A stretch of 57,381 nucleotides of DNA from Prorocentrum cordatum. Its lineage: Eukaryota. Of the stretch, positions 28,301 to 43,565 are shown in pieces. The notes beneath the pieces are model-generated. The model was not told the origin of the DNA. It saw only the letters and a list, made by a program, of their open reading frames with translations, and did not search any database. The position numbers were made by a program, and so were the translations under genes. Numbering within the stretch: position 1 is the stretch's first letter; each line of letters starts with the position of its first letter. The stretch is taken from the NCBI GenBank assembly GCA_963575745.1, contig CAUYUJ010000033.1, forward strand, positions 62,001 through 119,381, given 5' to 3'.

Positions 28301-28603
28301 CCCACGGTATCCACGGCAAACGGGGGACATGCAAACGTGCAGAAGTGCATTGAACACCGTGTGTTGGCAACCGTGGTGTGGGGGGCGGGGGGGGTGATGA
28401 AGAGAAGGAGGGGTAGGAGGAGGGCAGAGGAGCAGAGGATGATGAGACGGAAGAGGAGAGACAGATAAGGAGAGGTGGGGATGAAGAGATGGATGAAGGA
28501 TGAGGCGAGGTGAAGTGGGAGTGGGCAGGACGACGGGCGAGGATCGGGCGGGAATGGGCGGATCGACGGGCAGGCATCACAGATGCAGGTGGGGTCGCTT
28601 GGA

Positions 28604-28684
28604 TAGTAGTGGTAGTAGAAGCAGTAGTAGTTGTCGTAGTAGTGATAGTAGTAGAAGTAGTCGTCGTAGTACGAGTAGTAGGTC

Positions 28685-28718
<34 letters not shown>

Positions 28719-28741
28719 GTCGTAGTAGGTCGTAGTAGGTC

Positions 28742-28776
<35 letters not shown>

Positions 28777-28885
28777 CATGATAGTAGTAGTAATAAAAAT
28801 AGCAATAGTACGGGTAATAGTTGTAAGAGTCGAGTCGTAGTCGTAGTCGTAATCGTAGTCGTCGTGGTAACAATAGTAATAGTAT

Positions 28886-28931
<46 letters not shown>

Positions 28932-28932
28932 C

Positions 28933-28986
<54 letters not shown>

Positions 28987-29131
28987 AGTGGTAGTAGTAG
29001 TAGCAGTAGTAGTCGTAGTACTTGTAGTAGTCGTAGTAGTCGTACAAATAATACATTTAGTCGTGGTGGTGGTGGTCGTCGTCGTCTTAGGAATAACGGT
29101 CATAGAAGTGGTAGTCTGAGTAGAAGAAGGA

Positions 29132-29174
<43 letters not shown>

Positions 29175-29209
29175 TAGTAGTAAAAGTAGTAGTAACAGTG
29201 GTAGTAGTG

Positions 29210-29263
<54 letters not shown>

Positions 29264-29344
29264 CCAGTAGTAGTAGTAGTAGTAGGAATCGCAGAAGCAG
29301 TAGCCGTAGTATTAGTAGCAGTAGCAGTAGCAGTAGTTGTAGTA

Positions 29345-29391
<47 letters not shown>

Positions 29392-29594
29392 CGTAGTAGT
29401 AGTAGTAGTAGTAATATTAATAGTAGTAGCAGTAATGGTACTGACAGTCGTAGTCGTAGAAGTAGTTGCTGCCGTCGTAGTAGTAGCAGTAGTAGCAGTA
29501 GCAATCATCAAAGTCGTCGTAGTAACAATAAGAACAGTAGTAGTAGTAGTAGTCGTAGTCGTAGCCGTGGTAGTAGTAGTAGTAGTAGTATTAT

Positions 29595-29632
<38 letters not shown>

Positions 29633-29641
29633 AGAGTAAGG

Positions 29642-29695
<54 letters not shown>

Positions 29696-29870
29696 AGAGT
29701 GTCAGTAAGAAAAAACAGCAACAATAACTGTACAAAAAGTCGTAGCTATAGTCGTAATACGACTTGCAATGGTAGTCGTAGTGGTCGTAACAAATGAATG
29801 AGTAGTAGCAGATGTCGTGATAGTCGTAATGCTAGTAGTAGTGCTAGTTGTAGTCGTGGAAGTCGTCGTC

Positions 29871-29902
<32 letters not shown>

Positions 29903-29966
29903 CGTACTGATGGTAGTAGTTATGTTAGTAGTAGTAGTAGTAATCGTAATCATACTAGTAGTTGTC

Positions 29967-30011
<45 letters not shown>

Positions 30012-30140
30012 ATAGTAGTAGTAGTAGTCGTAATAATAATACTAGTAGTAACCATCATGGTTGCAGCTACGAGCTACTAGCACATAGGCAATGTAGAAAT
30101 TCGTAGTGCTAGTAGTAGGTGGGTGACGTAGTAGCTAGTA
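28604..30140 (+). repeat. Degenerate (GTA)n field
   Basis: Direct inspection. Confidence 0.97.
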
Positions 30141-30482
30141 ATTCATAAATTGATGGTACTTCGCAGCCGTGAAGTCGTGGTCGCGGGTATAGTAACCGCT
30201 AGAGTTTCAGAAGTACTACTAGGTGTGAAGCAGCAACCGTCATTCTCATGGTGCGGTGTTGGTTGTGATTTTGTTCGTGAGTATGCAATGCCAGTCGCAG
30301 TGAAGTAGAACTGTTCGCATAAATCGTGGTCGTATTAATAAATCGGCGCTACGAAAGTTTTGACCTGTTTTTTTAGATAAACAACGCCTGAGCATCACAT
30401 TGGTTATGAACACCACGACGGCCGTGAGCATCACTCCGAAGCCTGAGAGCACCACAGAACCTATGAGCAGCCGAGCGCCGAT

Positions 30483-30718
30483 AATCACCTTGACGCTAGC
30501 ACCCCCGTGCCTAAGATGACTGACCAAAAGAGGAGAGGAGAGGAGCCGAGAATGTGACCACAAGCGGAACTAGTCAAAATGAGTCGTGCCTTATCTCTTG
30601 GATTCGGTCTCCGGGCTGGGGTCGCAACAAAAAGAACACGATTTTGCAGAAAAGGCCTGAAAGCGGAAAACTAATGGAAAACATATTGGTTTTCCCATAT
30701 GAAATGGGGTAGATCAGG

Positions 30719-30751
<33 letters not shown>

Positions 30752-31437
30752 TCGTCGTCGTCGTCGTAGTCGTCGTCGTCGTAGTGGTCGCGGTCGTGGT
30801 CGTGCTTCTGATCGTAGTCTTGATTGAGGAAGTCCTGGGCGGAAGCGCCATTTCGAAATCGAACCCGAAGGTTTTGAATTCTGTTTTGGAGGAAGTCCTG
30901 GGCGGGAGCGCCATTTCGAGTTCGAACGGAACAAATGCCGAACCTCATTTTGCAGGACGTCCTGTGCGGGAGCGCCATTTCGAAATCGAGGCAGAAAGGT
31001 TTCGATTTCTATGTTTGAGGAAGTCCTGCGCGGAAGCGCCATTTCGAAATCGAAGCAGAAAGGTTTCGAATTCTATGTTTGCGGAAATCCTCGGCGGGAG
31101 CGCCATTTCGAAATCGAACCCGAAAGTTTCGAAATCGTTCGAAATCGCTTTTTCGAGGAAGTATCCAACGAAACCGCCGTTTCGAAATGGCCACACCGTT
31201 TGGCATTTAAAATTTTTAAAGCCCTGACCCGGAAACTCGAAAATGCAGCTTTCGCTTAGGACTTCCTCCCCAACACGAGCTCGACTGGATTTCGAAACCC
31301 TCGGGCTCGATTTCGAAATGTGGTTTTCGCCTCGGCCTTCCTCCCAAAAACGAGCTCGACTCAGAGTCTCGCAGACTGCCGACGCCCCCCCCCCCCACCC
31401 CATCACTCTAATCCGCATGTGCAGGGTGCTATGGTAA
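30483..31437 (-). mobile_element. Putative element J with ~63-bp TTCGAA-rich tandem repeat (30825-31330)
   Basis: Left end aatcaccttgacgctagcaccc resembles D/E/F; 8-bp IR tagcaccc (30497-30504) / gggtgcta (31424-31431); repeat gaggaagtcctg...gcgccatttcgaaatcga at ~63 bp spacing. Confidence 0.45.
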
Positions 31438-32634
31438 GATTTTCTTTTCTGGAAAATGGTGCGCGGGTGCGCCTCGACATTCCAAGGGCGATCGCGTCGC
31501 CCCTGGAGGGGTCTAGCGGATCCCCACTGGAACCCCACATATTCCCGAGGGGGGCCCGATGATTCCCGATGGCGCCCTGCGGATTTCCGAAAGACCTCGC
31601 AAGGCCCCTGGGAGAACCAACAGGATTCCCTAGGGAATCCAGCGGGTTTTGCATGGACACCAGGGTTCTAAAAGGAATCTGGTGATTCCGATACCCCCCC
31701 AACTTTCCAAAGGGATCATGCGGGCGCCAGGAGCCTCTGGTGGTTCCCGAAGGAGTCCTGCGGATATGGATTTCTAATGAGTGCCGATTGCTCCTCCAGG
31801 AGTACGAAGGATCTTCTTGGAACCCATCAGGATTCTGCGGGCTCCTCAAGACTTTTGAAAGCCACTCGAAATACCAGAGGAACCCTTCAAGAATCCTTCG
31901 GTATCCTGGGGGACCCGAAGGGGTTCTGCGGAGTCCTGGAAGATGCGGCGGGACCCCCCCTCCGGAACCCGAAGGGAAGTTAAATAATGATCGGGGCACC
32001 GGAGGAATCATGAAACATCCTCATGTAATTGTGGGACATCAGCAGAGACGCTTGAAAATCGAGCGGGATATCGAACGAGGAATCTGAAACATCCCGAAGG
32101 AATCTAAGGGATCTTGCGGGATCCTTTTGAGAATCTGGGCAGACCTGAATAATTCCGAAGAGTCCTCAGGCATCCAAAGAAATCCTGAAAGGAACCTGCT
32201 GGACACTAGGGAACCTGTGAAGATTCTGGAAGAAAACAGCTGCGAGTATCAAAACCTCGGGGATTCCCGAGGGAGCCTTGGTTTCACCGTGACCTGTGTG
32301 CAGTAGTTCGAGTAGGGTTTGTATTTTGGTCACGCCACCGAGTGCAGCGGTTCAATCTTAGGAACGAGTCAGCTCTAAACGTCATCTGCGCGCGGGAAGG
32401 AACACTCGGCTATTCGTATAGCGTTCGTGTTTTACTCTGTGTACCGTATGTGTCTATGTGCAACGCAGTTGATGTGTGTATCGCAGTGTCTGCTATGTGC
32501 ATTGTGCGGCATTCGCTTTGCATTCGTATTGTGATGTACTTGCTCTGTATGTGTATTTGCTGGACCTGATCCCGAACCCAAGCCCGAACCCTGTACCCTT
32601 GACACTTACTTTTGCACTGCACTAAAGTCGCGTT

Positions 32635-33492
32635 CAATCCGCTGGCCCCCGCTTGCTGGCCCCCGCGTGCCGGGGGTGAAAATGCGGCCCCAGCTTGCCG
32701 GGGGTGGAAAGGCGTGTGATGCATTCGGTTGTGCCCCGTCCCCTGTCCTTCTCCCATGGGTTTCAAAATGCAGTTTGAGGGGGGGAAGGGGGGGCGAGCT
32801 CCTAAACGCATCCAAAGGGACGCCATCGCCTCTCCAGGACCCCGAAACGGCCCATGAAAGCCAAAAAAAAAGCCAGAGCAGTCCAACAAAGCGTCAAGAT
32901 GGTTCACGGTCGCCCCACGTCGGTCTAACATGTCAGAACATGTCTCGAGACGGCCCACGGGGTGCCCAACACGGCCCAAGAGTGCTCCCGCAGGACTGCC
33001 AAGAGGGCCCCACGAGGCAAACATCGTGACATTCCTTAAAACAAACTTGCGTTTTCAGCATTCTCGCGTTTTTCGTATTCACACCGTCGAAGACGGCCCA
33101 AAGGGGTTGTCAACGTCGTCCCAAGACAGCCAATGAGGCCCCCAACGCGGCCAAATAATGCCCCAACACGGCCTCAGAGGCCTCCACAACGGCCCAAGAC
33201 AGCCCTGCAAGGGCCTTGAAATGGATCAAACATCAGGCACTTTCCCCTCCAAGATGGCCCCAATAGCCCCTCAGAGGCCCTCGATGCACCCCCAAGGAGC
33301 CCCAAGAAGCGCCCAAGACGGCCCCAAGAAGCCCCCAAGAAACTCCCCAAAGGCCCAAACGGCCTCCCAGATGCACCCACGAGACCTTCAGAAGGCCCCT
33401 GAAAGGCAACCCGAGATACCCTCATATTCATCCACGAGGCTCCTTCCCTACAGCCCAATCGCCGTGGCGGATTGGGCCGAAGGCCGCTAAAG
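32635..33492 (+). mobile_element. Element H, related to C (CCAAGA-rich, asymmetric IR plus 3' hairpin)
   Basis: caatccgc (32635-32642) / gcggattg (33467-33474), followed by ggcc-gaa-ggcc hairpin (33475-33485); termini resemble those of C. Confidence 0.55.
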
Positions 33493-33709
33493 AACTTCCA
33501 CGATCGCCGCAAGCTCTGACTCCTTCTGGGGATCGGTAGAATGGCGTAAGCCAGTTGCATTATAATCGTCATCGTCGTTGTCCCAGTAGTTGGAATAAAA
33601 CGTGCGACGCAGTCGCAGTCTGCGGAATAGTGATGATGGCTCCAGCAAACATGAAAGCACCGGTAACTGTAATAATACTAGTCGCAGCTATCGTAGCAGA
33701 AAAACAAGA

Positions 33710-35475
<1,766 letters not shown>

Positions 35476-35505
35476 CAATACAATACGAAAAGAAATGCTT
35501 GGAAA

Positions 35506-36689
35506 TTGATTTCGCGCTCGCCTGGGGGCCACGTGTTTCGAGGCATCGCCATTGAGGTTGCAGGGGTACTGAATGCCTTGCGCGGATGCGCGATGTCCAC
35601 ATTTACTCCAATGCGTGCGGGCGTTTCGGTCCTGCACCGGCACGACCAAGAGATCCACCTTGTTTCGGCTTGCGACAAGGTCTTCAACATGGCAGGCCTC
35701 CGTCCATCTGTAAAGGCCATCTGGAATGCCATCAAGATGGTGGACCGCGCCAGGGAGACCGGCGGCTCGCCGCAGACCAAATGCGCGAATCAGGGGCGGC
35801 GGTCCGCTTTGTCATCAGAGCAAGAAAACGCCGTGGTGGCCTTCGGGGAACAGAATCGCAACAAGCGGGTCTGCTGCTGCAGGTACATCCGCACCGTGTT
35901 GAAGTTGAAGTGCACGAAGAGAGCGGTCGCCAACGTTCTCAACCGCCACAGTTACCACTGGCGCGCCGTGCCAAAGGTTCGCGGCTTCAACGACGCCGAG
36001 CTACAGAAGCAGAGGGATTGGGTCGACAAGTGCGTGGTCAAGACGCCCGAGTGGTGGCAGGCTAACATGAACTTAGTCCTGAACGGCGCAACCCTGACAA
36101 TGGCTCCTAAGCCGTTGGACAAGCGGCAGCGCCACATGGCGCGGGCGATCCGTCATATGTGGGCGCGGACGGGCGAGGGCTCCGACCCCGACTGCCACTT
36201 GTACAACTGGTGCGGCATCCAGCTCGGGACGAAGGTGCCGTTGCGGGGCGGCTTCGCGGGAAGGTGGGCGTTTCACGTTGAGGTCGTAGAAAGTCCCTGC
36301 GCTGAAGCGCACCGTCGATGCAGGTGGTGGCAGTGGGCGCAGGACGCGCGCCACGGGCTGGCACGACGGCGAATCGTTCTTACAGCAACGCGACCTGCGC
36401 GCGAAGCACGGGCTCACATTCGTGCGTGTTCCTCCGAATTCGGGCGACCTGAATCCGATCGAGACGACGTGGGCGTGGCTGCGCAAAGACCTAGCGAGAA
36501 CAGGGGGATTTCGACGCCAAGAAGGTGATCACGAAGGCGCAGTTCCGGCAGCGGGCCGCGCAGATCCTGAAGAGCTACGAGGCGAAGGCACCTGGCCAGA
36601 AGTGGAGTCGCCTTGGGAAGCTCGCAAGGGGGGTGCCCGCGCGCCTGGCGCGGTGCAGAGCCCGCCGCTACGGGAGGTGCGGGAAGTAG
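35506..36689 (+). pseudogene. Decayed IS630/Tc1/mariner-superfamily transposase
   Basis: GRRSALS linker, HTH-like IRTVLKLKCTKRAVANVLNRHSYHW, WHDGE (D at 36365-67), PPNSGDLNPIETTW (Tc1 SPDLNPIE motif), C-terminal LARGVPARLARCRARRYGRCGK* (stop 36687-89). Frameshifts near 36260 and 36500 and an in-frame TAG at 36287. Confidence 0.85.
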
Positions 36690-36949
36690 TCCATGCATGC
36701 GAGAGAATTCGTGGGCGTCCGCAGAAGCTCGCGAGGCGATGCAGGTTCCCCTGGCGCGGCGCAAAACTCGCCGTTACGGGGTGCGCGGTAATTAGACAAT
36801 GCGCAGAAGACAATGCAGGTATGAGGGGGATTCACGGCATTCTGCCTCGCCCGACGAAAGATAGCCGTCGTGACGTGATGCGCGGTAGCCGCGGATGCGT
36901 CCGGCGCCGAGTGTGTCCTGGCATTGTAAAACCTTTTGGAACGCACGCG

Positions 36950-37475
36950 CGAGTGCGTTCGGCGCCGAGGGTTTCGTGGCACCGTGAGACCATGTGAGAC
37001 TTGCGGATGGGCTCGGCGCCGAAAGTTTCTGGGAATTGTGAGACCCTGTGAATTGCGCGAATGCGTTCGGTGCTGAGGGTGTCGCGGCTCTGCAAGGGCA
37101 CGTGAGTCGCGCGGACGTGCTCGGCGCCAGGAGTTTCGGGCCATCGTGAGACCCATTGAAACGCGCGAATGTGTTCGGCGCCGAGGGCTTCGTGGCACTG
37201 CGAGACCATGTGAGTCTTGCGGAAGGGCTCGGCGCCGAGGGTTTCGGAACGATTTGAAGGCCTTGAAGACGAGCGGTTGCGTTTGGCGCAGAGGGTTTTG
37301 TGACACTGTGAGACCACGTGAGGCTCGCGGATGTACTCGGCGCCGAGGGTTTCGGGGCGACTTGGAACCCTTCGCGACGCGCCACTGCGTTCGGCGCCGA
37401 GGGTTTCGTAGCACTTTGGGACATTGTGAGACTCGCGGCTGTGCTCGGCGCCGAAGGTTTCGAGCACTTTGAGAC
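36950..37475 (+). repeat. 54-bp tandem repeat, ~10 copies
   Basis: tcggcgccgag anchors every 54 bp from ~36959 to ~37445. Confidence 0.9.
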
Positions 37476-37712
37476 CCTTTGAGACTGTTTGAGACCGCTT
37501 TGGAACCGCCATCGGACGCGTCTGGTGTGTGAACTTATACAATGTCGTGCATATGTTGAGACTCATCCAGCACTCGTTCAACCTTCTGGCCCACGTCGGC
37601 TCGACGTGCGTGCAGCGCTGCCTGTGGCTGATGGAAGTTGCCGTTGATATGCTGCGTGCTCAGGTGCTTCCATGCGGAAAGTGAAGAATTTAGTTTCCCA
37701 CTTGTTTCTTGT

Positions 37713-37785
37713 CTGTAGTACTAATAGTAATAGTGGTGGTCGTAGGAGTAATAGTACTAGCTAGTAGTAGTCGTGGTAGTAGTAC

Positions 37786-37826
<41 letters not shown>

Positions 37827-37862
37827 AAAGTAGTAGTCGTAGTAGTAGTCGTAGTAGTAGTC

Positions 37863-37909
<47 letters not shown>

Positions 37910-37912
37910 CGC

Positions 37913-37950
<38 letters not shown>

Positions 37951-38053
37951 CAGTAATGGTAGTAGTAGTAGTACTAGTAGTAGTAGGAGTAGTAGTAGTG
38001 GTAGTAGTAGTAGTGCAAGTAGTAGTAGTAGTCGTAGTAGTAGTAGTAGTAGC

Positions 38054-38088
<35 letters not shown>

Positions 38089-38216
38089 AAGTCGTAGTAC
38101 GGGTCGTAGAAGTAGTCGCTTCGTTCGTCGTAGCAAAAGAGTCGTAGTCGATTTTGTCGTCGTAGTACTGGTCGTAGTAGTACTAGTAGTAGAAGTAGTA
38201 GTAGTGGTAGTAGTAC

Positions 38217-38253
<37 letters not shown>

Positions 38254-38387
38254 TCCAGTAGTAGTAGTGGTAGTAGTAGTAGTAGTAGTAGACGTAGTAG
38301 TAGTAGTAGAAGTAGTAGTAGTAGTAGTAGAACTAGTAGTAGTAGTAGTAGGAGTAGTAGTAGTGGTAGTAGTAGTAGTAGTAGTGT

Positions 38388-38430
<43 letters not shown>

Positions 38431-38443
38431 CGTAGTCGTAGTC

Positions 38444-38485
<42 letters not shown>

Positions 38486-39014
38486 ATAATAGTAGTAGAA
38501 GTCGAAGTAGAGAGAGAAATTGTAGTCGTAGTCGTAGTCGTAGTCGTGGTAGTAGTAGAAGTAGTAGTAGTAGCAGTAATAGTAGTAGTAGTAGAAGTAG
38601 AAGTATAAATAGAAGTCGTAGTCGTAGTAATCGTAGTAGTTCAAGCAGTAGTAATACTATGACTCGTAGAGGTGGTAGTAATCGTACTTCCCCAATCATG
38701 GCTTGCATTGAATGGGTCCTAGCAGAAATTGAAAAATTGTCAAACATGTCCCGCCGATTTTGGTAGCAATCCGGGATCCCGGGTTCCAGGTTCCAGGTTC
38801 CCGGGTTCCCGGTTATTGGTTCCGGGCCGATTTCGGTGCGTTCTGACTTCCCAGGGTCTCAGGTCCCCGGTCAATCTCCTCAGCGAAACAATCCACTGAT
38901 TGGGGTTTTTCTCCGGTAAAGGAAATCGTATGAAAAGAAATAGCTTTCGTCATCGTCGTTATACTAATTGTAGTAGTTGTGCTAGTCGTGGTAGTAGTAG
39001 AAGTAGTGGTAGTG

Positions 39015-39060
<46 letters not shown>

Positions 39061-39201
39061 AAGTAGTAGTAGTAGTACTACTACTACTACTACTAGTACT
39101 AGTACTAATAGTAGTAGTAATAGTCGTAGTAGTAGTAGTAGTAGTACTAGTAGTAGTAGTAGTCGTGATCGGAGTCGTCGTAGTAGTAGATGTAGTGGAA
39201 A

Positions 39202-39232
<31 letters not shown>

Positions 39233-39290
39233 CGTAGTAGTAGTAGTAGTAGTAGTAGTAGGAGTAGTAGTAGTAGTAGTAGCAGTAGTA

Positions 39291-39323
<33 letters not shown>

Positions 39324-39472
39324 ATAGTGGTAGTAGTAGTAGTAGTCGTAGTAGTAGTAGTAGTAGTAATAATATCAGTAGTAGTAGTAGCAATCGTAGT
39401 AGCAGTCGTAGTGCTCATAGTTGTTGACGCAGTGGTAATAATAATAGGTGGTAGTAGTAGCAGTAGTAGTAA

Positions 39473-39520
<48 letters not shown>

Positions 39521-40036
39521 CACTTGTAGTAGTAGTGGTAGTAGTAATGGAAGTAGTAATCGCAGTAGTAGTAAATGTAGTAGTAGTAGTAGTGGTAATA
39601 GTAGTAGTAGTAGTAGAAAAAAAAGAACTAACAGTGGTAGTCCTGGTAGTAGCAGTAGTAGTAGAAGTAGTAGTCGTAACGATAGTAGCTGTCATATCAG
39701 TATCCGTAATGGAAGTAACAATAATCACAATTGTAGTCCTACTAGCAACAACAGTGGCAATAATAGAAGAAGTGATCGTAATAGTCGTGTGGTTGTAATA
39801 GTAGTAGTAGTAGTCGTGGTAGTAGCCGTAGTAGCAGTAGTAGTAGTAGTAGTAGTAGTAGTAGGTAATTGTAGTAGCAGTGGTAGTAGTAGTCGTGGAA
39901 ATAGTGGTGGTGATAATAACAATACTGGTAGTCGAAATGATTATTCGTACTTCTAGTGGTGGTGGTGGTAGCAATATTCGTCGTCGTAGTAGTAGTGGTG
40001 GTAGTAGTAGTAGTAGTAGTGACTAGTAGTTGTAGC

Positions 40037-40070
<34 letters not shown>

Positions 40071-40101
40071 ACAGTAGTAGTAGTAGTAGTAGTAGTAGTA
40101 G

Positions 40102-40133
<32 letters not shown>

Positions 40134-40193
40134 TAGTAGTAGTAGTAGTAGTAGTCGTAGTAGTAGTAGTAGTAGTAGTAGTAGTACTAGTAC

Positions 40194-40225
<32 letters not shown>

Positions 40226-40259
40226 AGTAGTAGTAGTGGTAACAGTAGCACCGGGAGTT

Positions 40260-40290
<31 letters not shown>

Positions 40291-40321
40291 AAGTAGTAGT
40301 AGTAGTAGTCGTAAAAGTAGC

Positions 40322-40366
<45 letters not shown>

Positions 40367-40400
40367 CGTAGTGATAGTAGTAGCAGCTTCAGATCTGTGA

Positions 40401-40452
<52 letters not shown>

Positions 40453-40570
40453 TGTAGTAGTAGTAGTAGTAGTAGTAGTAGTCGAAGTAGTAGTAGTCGT
40501 CGTAGTAGTAGTAGTCGTAGTAGCAGTAGTAGTAGTAGTACTCGTGGTAGCAGTAGTAGTCGTCGTCGTG
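37713..40570 (+). repeat. Degenerate (GTA)n fields with a unique island at ~38685-38960
   Basis: Direct inspection. Confidence 0.95.
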
Positions 40571-40571
40571 A

Positions 40572-42710
40572 AATTAGCCTGACGAGGGACCCAACCATAT
40601 GCAGGTGCGAGTACCGCAATAGTGATTCATTTTTTCGGTGGCGATCCCTATGAGGCAACGAACCGTGCTAGGGGCGTGCCGACATGAGTGGCGTGGTACA
40701 CAAAGTGAACGAAAACGATTGATCTGAGTACGTAGGGAGACTGAGCGCGGGTGAATCTGCGCGCGTGCGTCTGACTGTGAATGATCTGCGTGCGAGCGAG
40801 TCTACGTGCATGAATGCGAATATGACAAAGCGTGGTGCAAATGTGTATGAATGCCAATAGTTTGACAACGACTGCCTCTGAATACTCGTGACGCTGGGCG
40901 TGGCCGCCGCAAGGAGCTTCCCCGGGACTCCCCGACGGCATCGCCCGCGCGCCGCGACGCCAATGTCGGCGCGCCCCCCCGCGAGGATCGCGCCCGCTTC
41001 CTCCCCTTCCTTTACTCCCTCTTTGCCCGCGCACTCAAAAGTCCAAGGCTGCGGGAGCAGCGCAGCGCGGAGCCCCCGCGACGCGCGCAGGTCACCCCGG
41101 AGGGGTCCCAGCGACGCGCGCGGGTCGTCCACTGCGCGGAGCGAAGAGAGCTAGCTGGCTGGCTGATAGCGGGCAAGGCTCTTGCCGCTGGGCAGAGCGA
41201 CGACGGGCGAGCGAGGCGCTGGGCGGAACGCAGCACGGAGCCCCCGCGACGCGCGCAGGTCGCCCCGGAGGAGTCCCAGCGACGCGCGCGGGTCGCCCGC
41301 TGCGCGGAGCAAAGAGAGCTAGCTGGCTGGCTGGGACCTGCGGTGGGGCTCCATATGGGGCCACGTAACGCTGTACTGGGCAAAGGAGACGCATGTGGAC
41401 TGCGCCACGGGGACCTTCGGTGGAGCTCCCTATGGGGCCACGAAACGTGTGAGGGATGTGCCGGAATGGGTGTGCGGGACGCATGCGGGCACACCCACTG
41501 AGACCTTCGGTGGAGCTCCCTATGGGGCCACGAAACGTGTGAGGGGTGGGACGACATGTGTGTGCGGGACGCATGCGGGCACACCCACTGGGACCTTCGG
41601 TGGAGCCCCCTATGGGGCCACGAAACGTGTGAGGGTGTGCCGAAATGGGTGTGCGGGACGCATGCGGGCACACCCACTGGGACCTTCGGTGGAGCTCCCT
41701 ATGGGGCCACGAAACGTGTGAGGGGTGTGCCGAAATGGGTGTGCGGGACGCATGCGGGCACACCCACTGGGACCTTCGGTGGAGCTCCCTATGGGGCCAC
41801 GAAACGTGTGAGGGGTGTGCCGAAATGGGTGTGCGGGACGCATGCGGGCACACCCACTGAGACCTTCGGTGGAGCTCCCTATGGGGCCACGAAACGTGTG
41901 AGGGGTGTGCCGAAATGGGTGTGCGGGACGCATGCGGGCACACCCACTGGGACCTTCGGTGGAGTTCCCTATGGGGCCACGAAGCGTGTGAGGGGTGTGC
42001 CGAAATGTGTGTGCGGGACGCATGCGGGCACACCACTGGGACCTTCGGTGGAGCTCCCTATGGGGCCACGAAACGTGTGAGGGGTGTGCCGAAATGGGTG
42101 TGCGGGACGCATGCGGGCACACCCACTGGGACCTTCGGTGGAGCTCCCTATGGGGCCACGAAACGTGTGAGGGGTGTGCCGAAATGGGTGTGCGGGACGC
42201 ATGCGGGCACACCCACTGGGACCTTCGGTGGAGCTCCCTATGGGGCCACGAAACGTGTGAGGGGTGTGCCGAAATGGGTGTGCGGGACGCATGCGGGCAC
42301 ACCCACTGGGACCTTCGGTGGAGCTCCCTATGGGGCCACGAAACGTATGAGGGGTGTGCCGAATGGGTGTGCGGGACGCATGCGGGCACACCCACTGGGA
42401 CCTTCGGTGGAGCTCCCTATGGGGCCACGAAACGTGTGAGGGGTGTGCCGAAATGAGTGTGCGGGACGCATGCGGGCACACGCACTGGGACCTTCGGTGG
42501 AGCTCCCTATGGGGTCACGAAACGTGTGAGGGGTGTGCCGACATGGGTGGTGATAATGATGATGACGACAGATGATGATGACGATGACGATGATGGGGAT
42601 GATGACGATGATGATGAAGATGGGAGGAGGGAGGGGGCAGCGGGAAGGAAGGAACGCGGGGCGACGTCTCTTCAAAACGAGGACCCAACACCACAGGATG
42701 GTTGGGAAAA
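40572..42710 (-). mobile_element. Element E: intact D-family non-autonomous element carrying a homogeneous 90-bp satellite
   Basis: Left end aattagcctgacgagggacccaacca; right end ttcaaaacgaggacccaacaccacaggatggttgggaa; IR cccaacca (40590-40597) / tggttggg (42699-42706); terminal hairpin; (GTA)n on both sides. Confidence 0.75.
41350..42545 (+). repeat. Tandem satellite, 90-bp unit, ~13 near-identical copies
   Basis: gaccttcggtggag anchors at 41412, 41502, 41592, 41681 ... 42489. Confidence 0.97.
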
Positions 42711-42721
42711 AAACTAATATT

Positions 42722-42822
42722 CCTAGTCATTGTAGCAGCAATAGTAATAGTAATAGTCGCAGTCGTAGCCGTAGTAATAGTACTACGACCAGTAGTAGTG
42801 GTAGTAGTAGTAGAGGTAGGCC

Positions 42823-42859
<37 letters not shown>

Positions 42860-42869
42860 CGTCGTAGTC

Positions 42870-42923
<54 letters not shown>

Positions 42924-42925
42924 CC

Positions 42926-42977
<52 letters not shown>

Positions 42978-43086
42978 ATAGTCGTAGTAGTAGTAGACGA
43001 AATAGTACTAATAATGATAGTGGTTGTAGTGGTAGTCTTAGTAGTAGTGCTAGTAGTAGCAGTAGTAGTAGTAGTAGTAGTAGTAG

Positions 43087-43117
<31 letters not shown>

Positions 43118-43337
43118 GAGTAGTAGTAATAGTAATCGTAGTAGTCGAAGTCGTAGTAGTAGTAGTCGTAGTAGTAGTAGTAGTTGTAGTAGTAGTAGTA
43201 GTAGTAGTAATAGTAGTAGTAGTAGTAGTAGTGGTAGTAGTAGTAGTATTGGTAGGCAGCGGAGTAGTAATAGTAGTGATAGTACTAGTAGTAGTAGTAG
43301 CAGTAGTAGTAGTAGTAACAATAAAAGTAGTAGGAGC

Positions 43338-43371
<34 letters not shown>

Positions 43372-43409
43372 CGTAGTAGTAGTAGTCGTAGTCGTAGCGT
43401 AGGTATAGT

Positions 43410-43446
<37 letters not shown>

Positions 43447-43449
43447 CTA

Positions 43450-43505
<56 letters not shown>

Positions 43506-43527
43506 TAGTAGTAGTAGTAGTAGTCGT

Positions 43528-43565
<38 letters not shown>

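Noticed and set aside
38926..38948. tatgaaaagaaatagc similarity to the Tc1 left flank as a TIR
   Set aside because: Direct rather than inverted orientation, and short and AT-rich.
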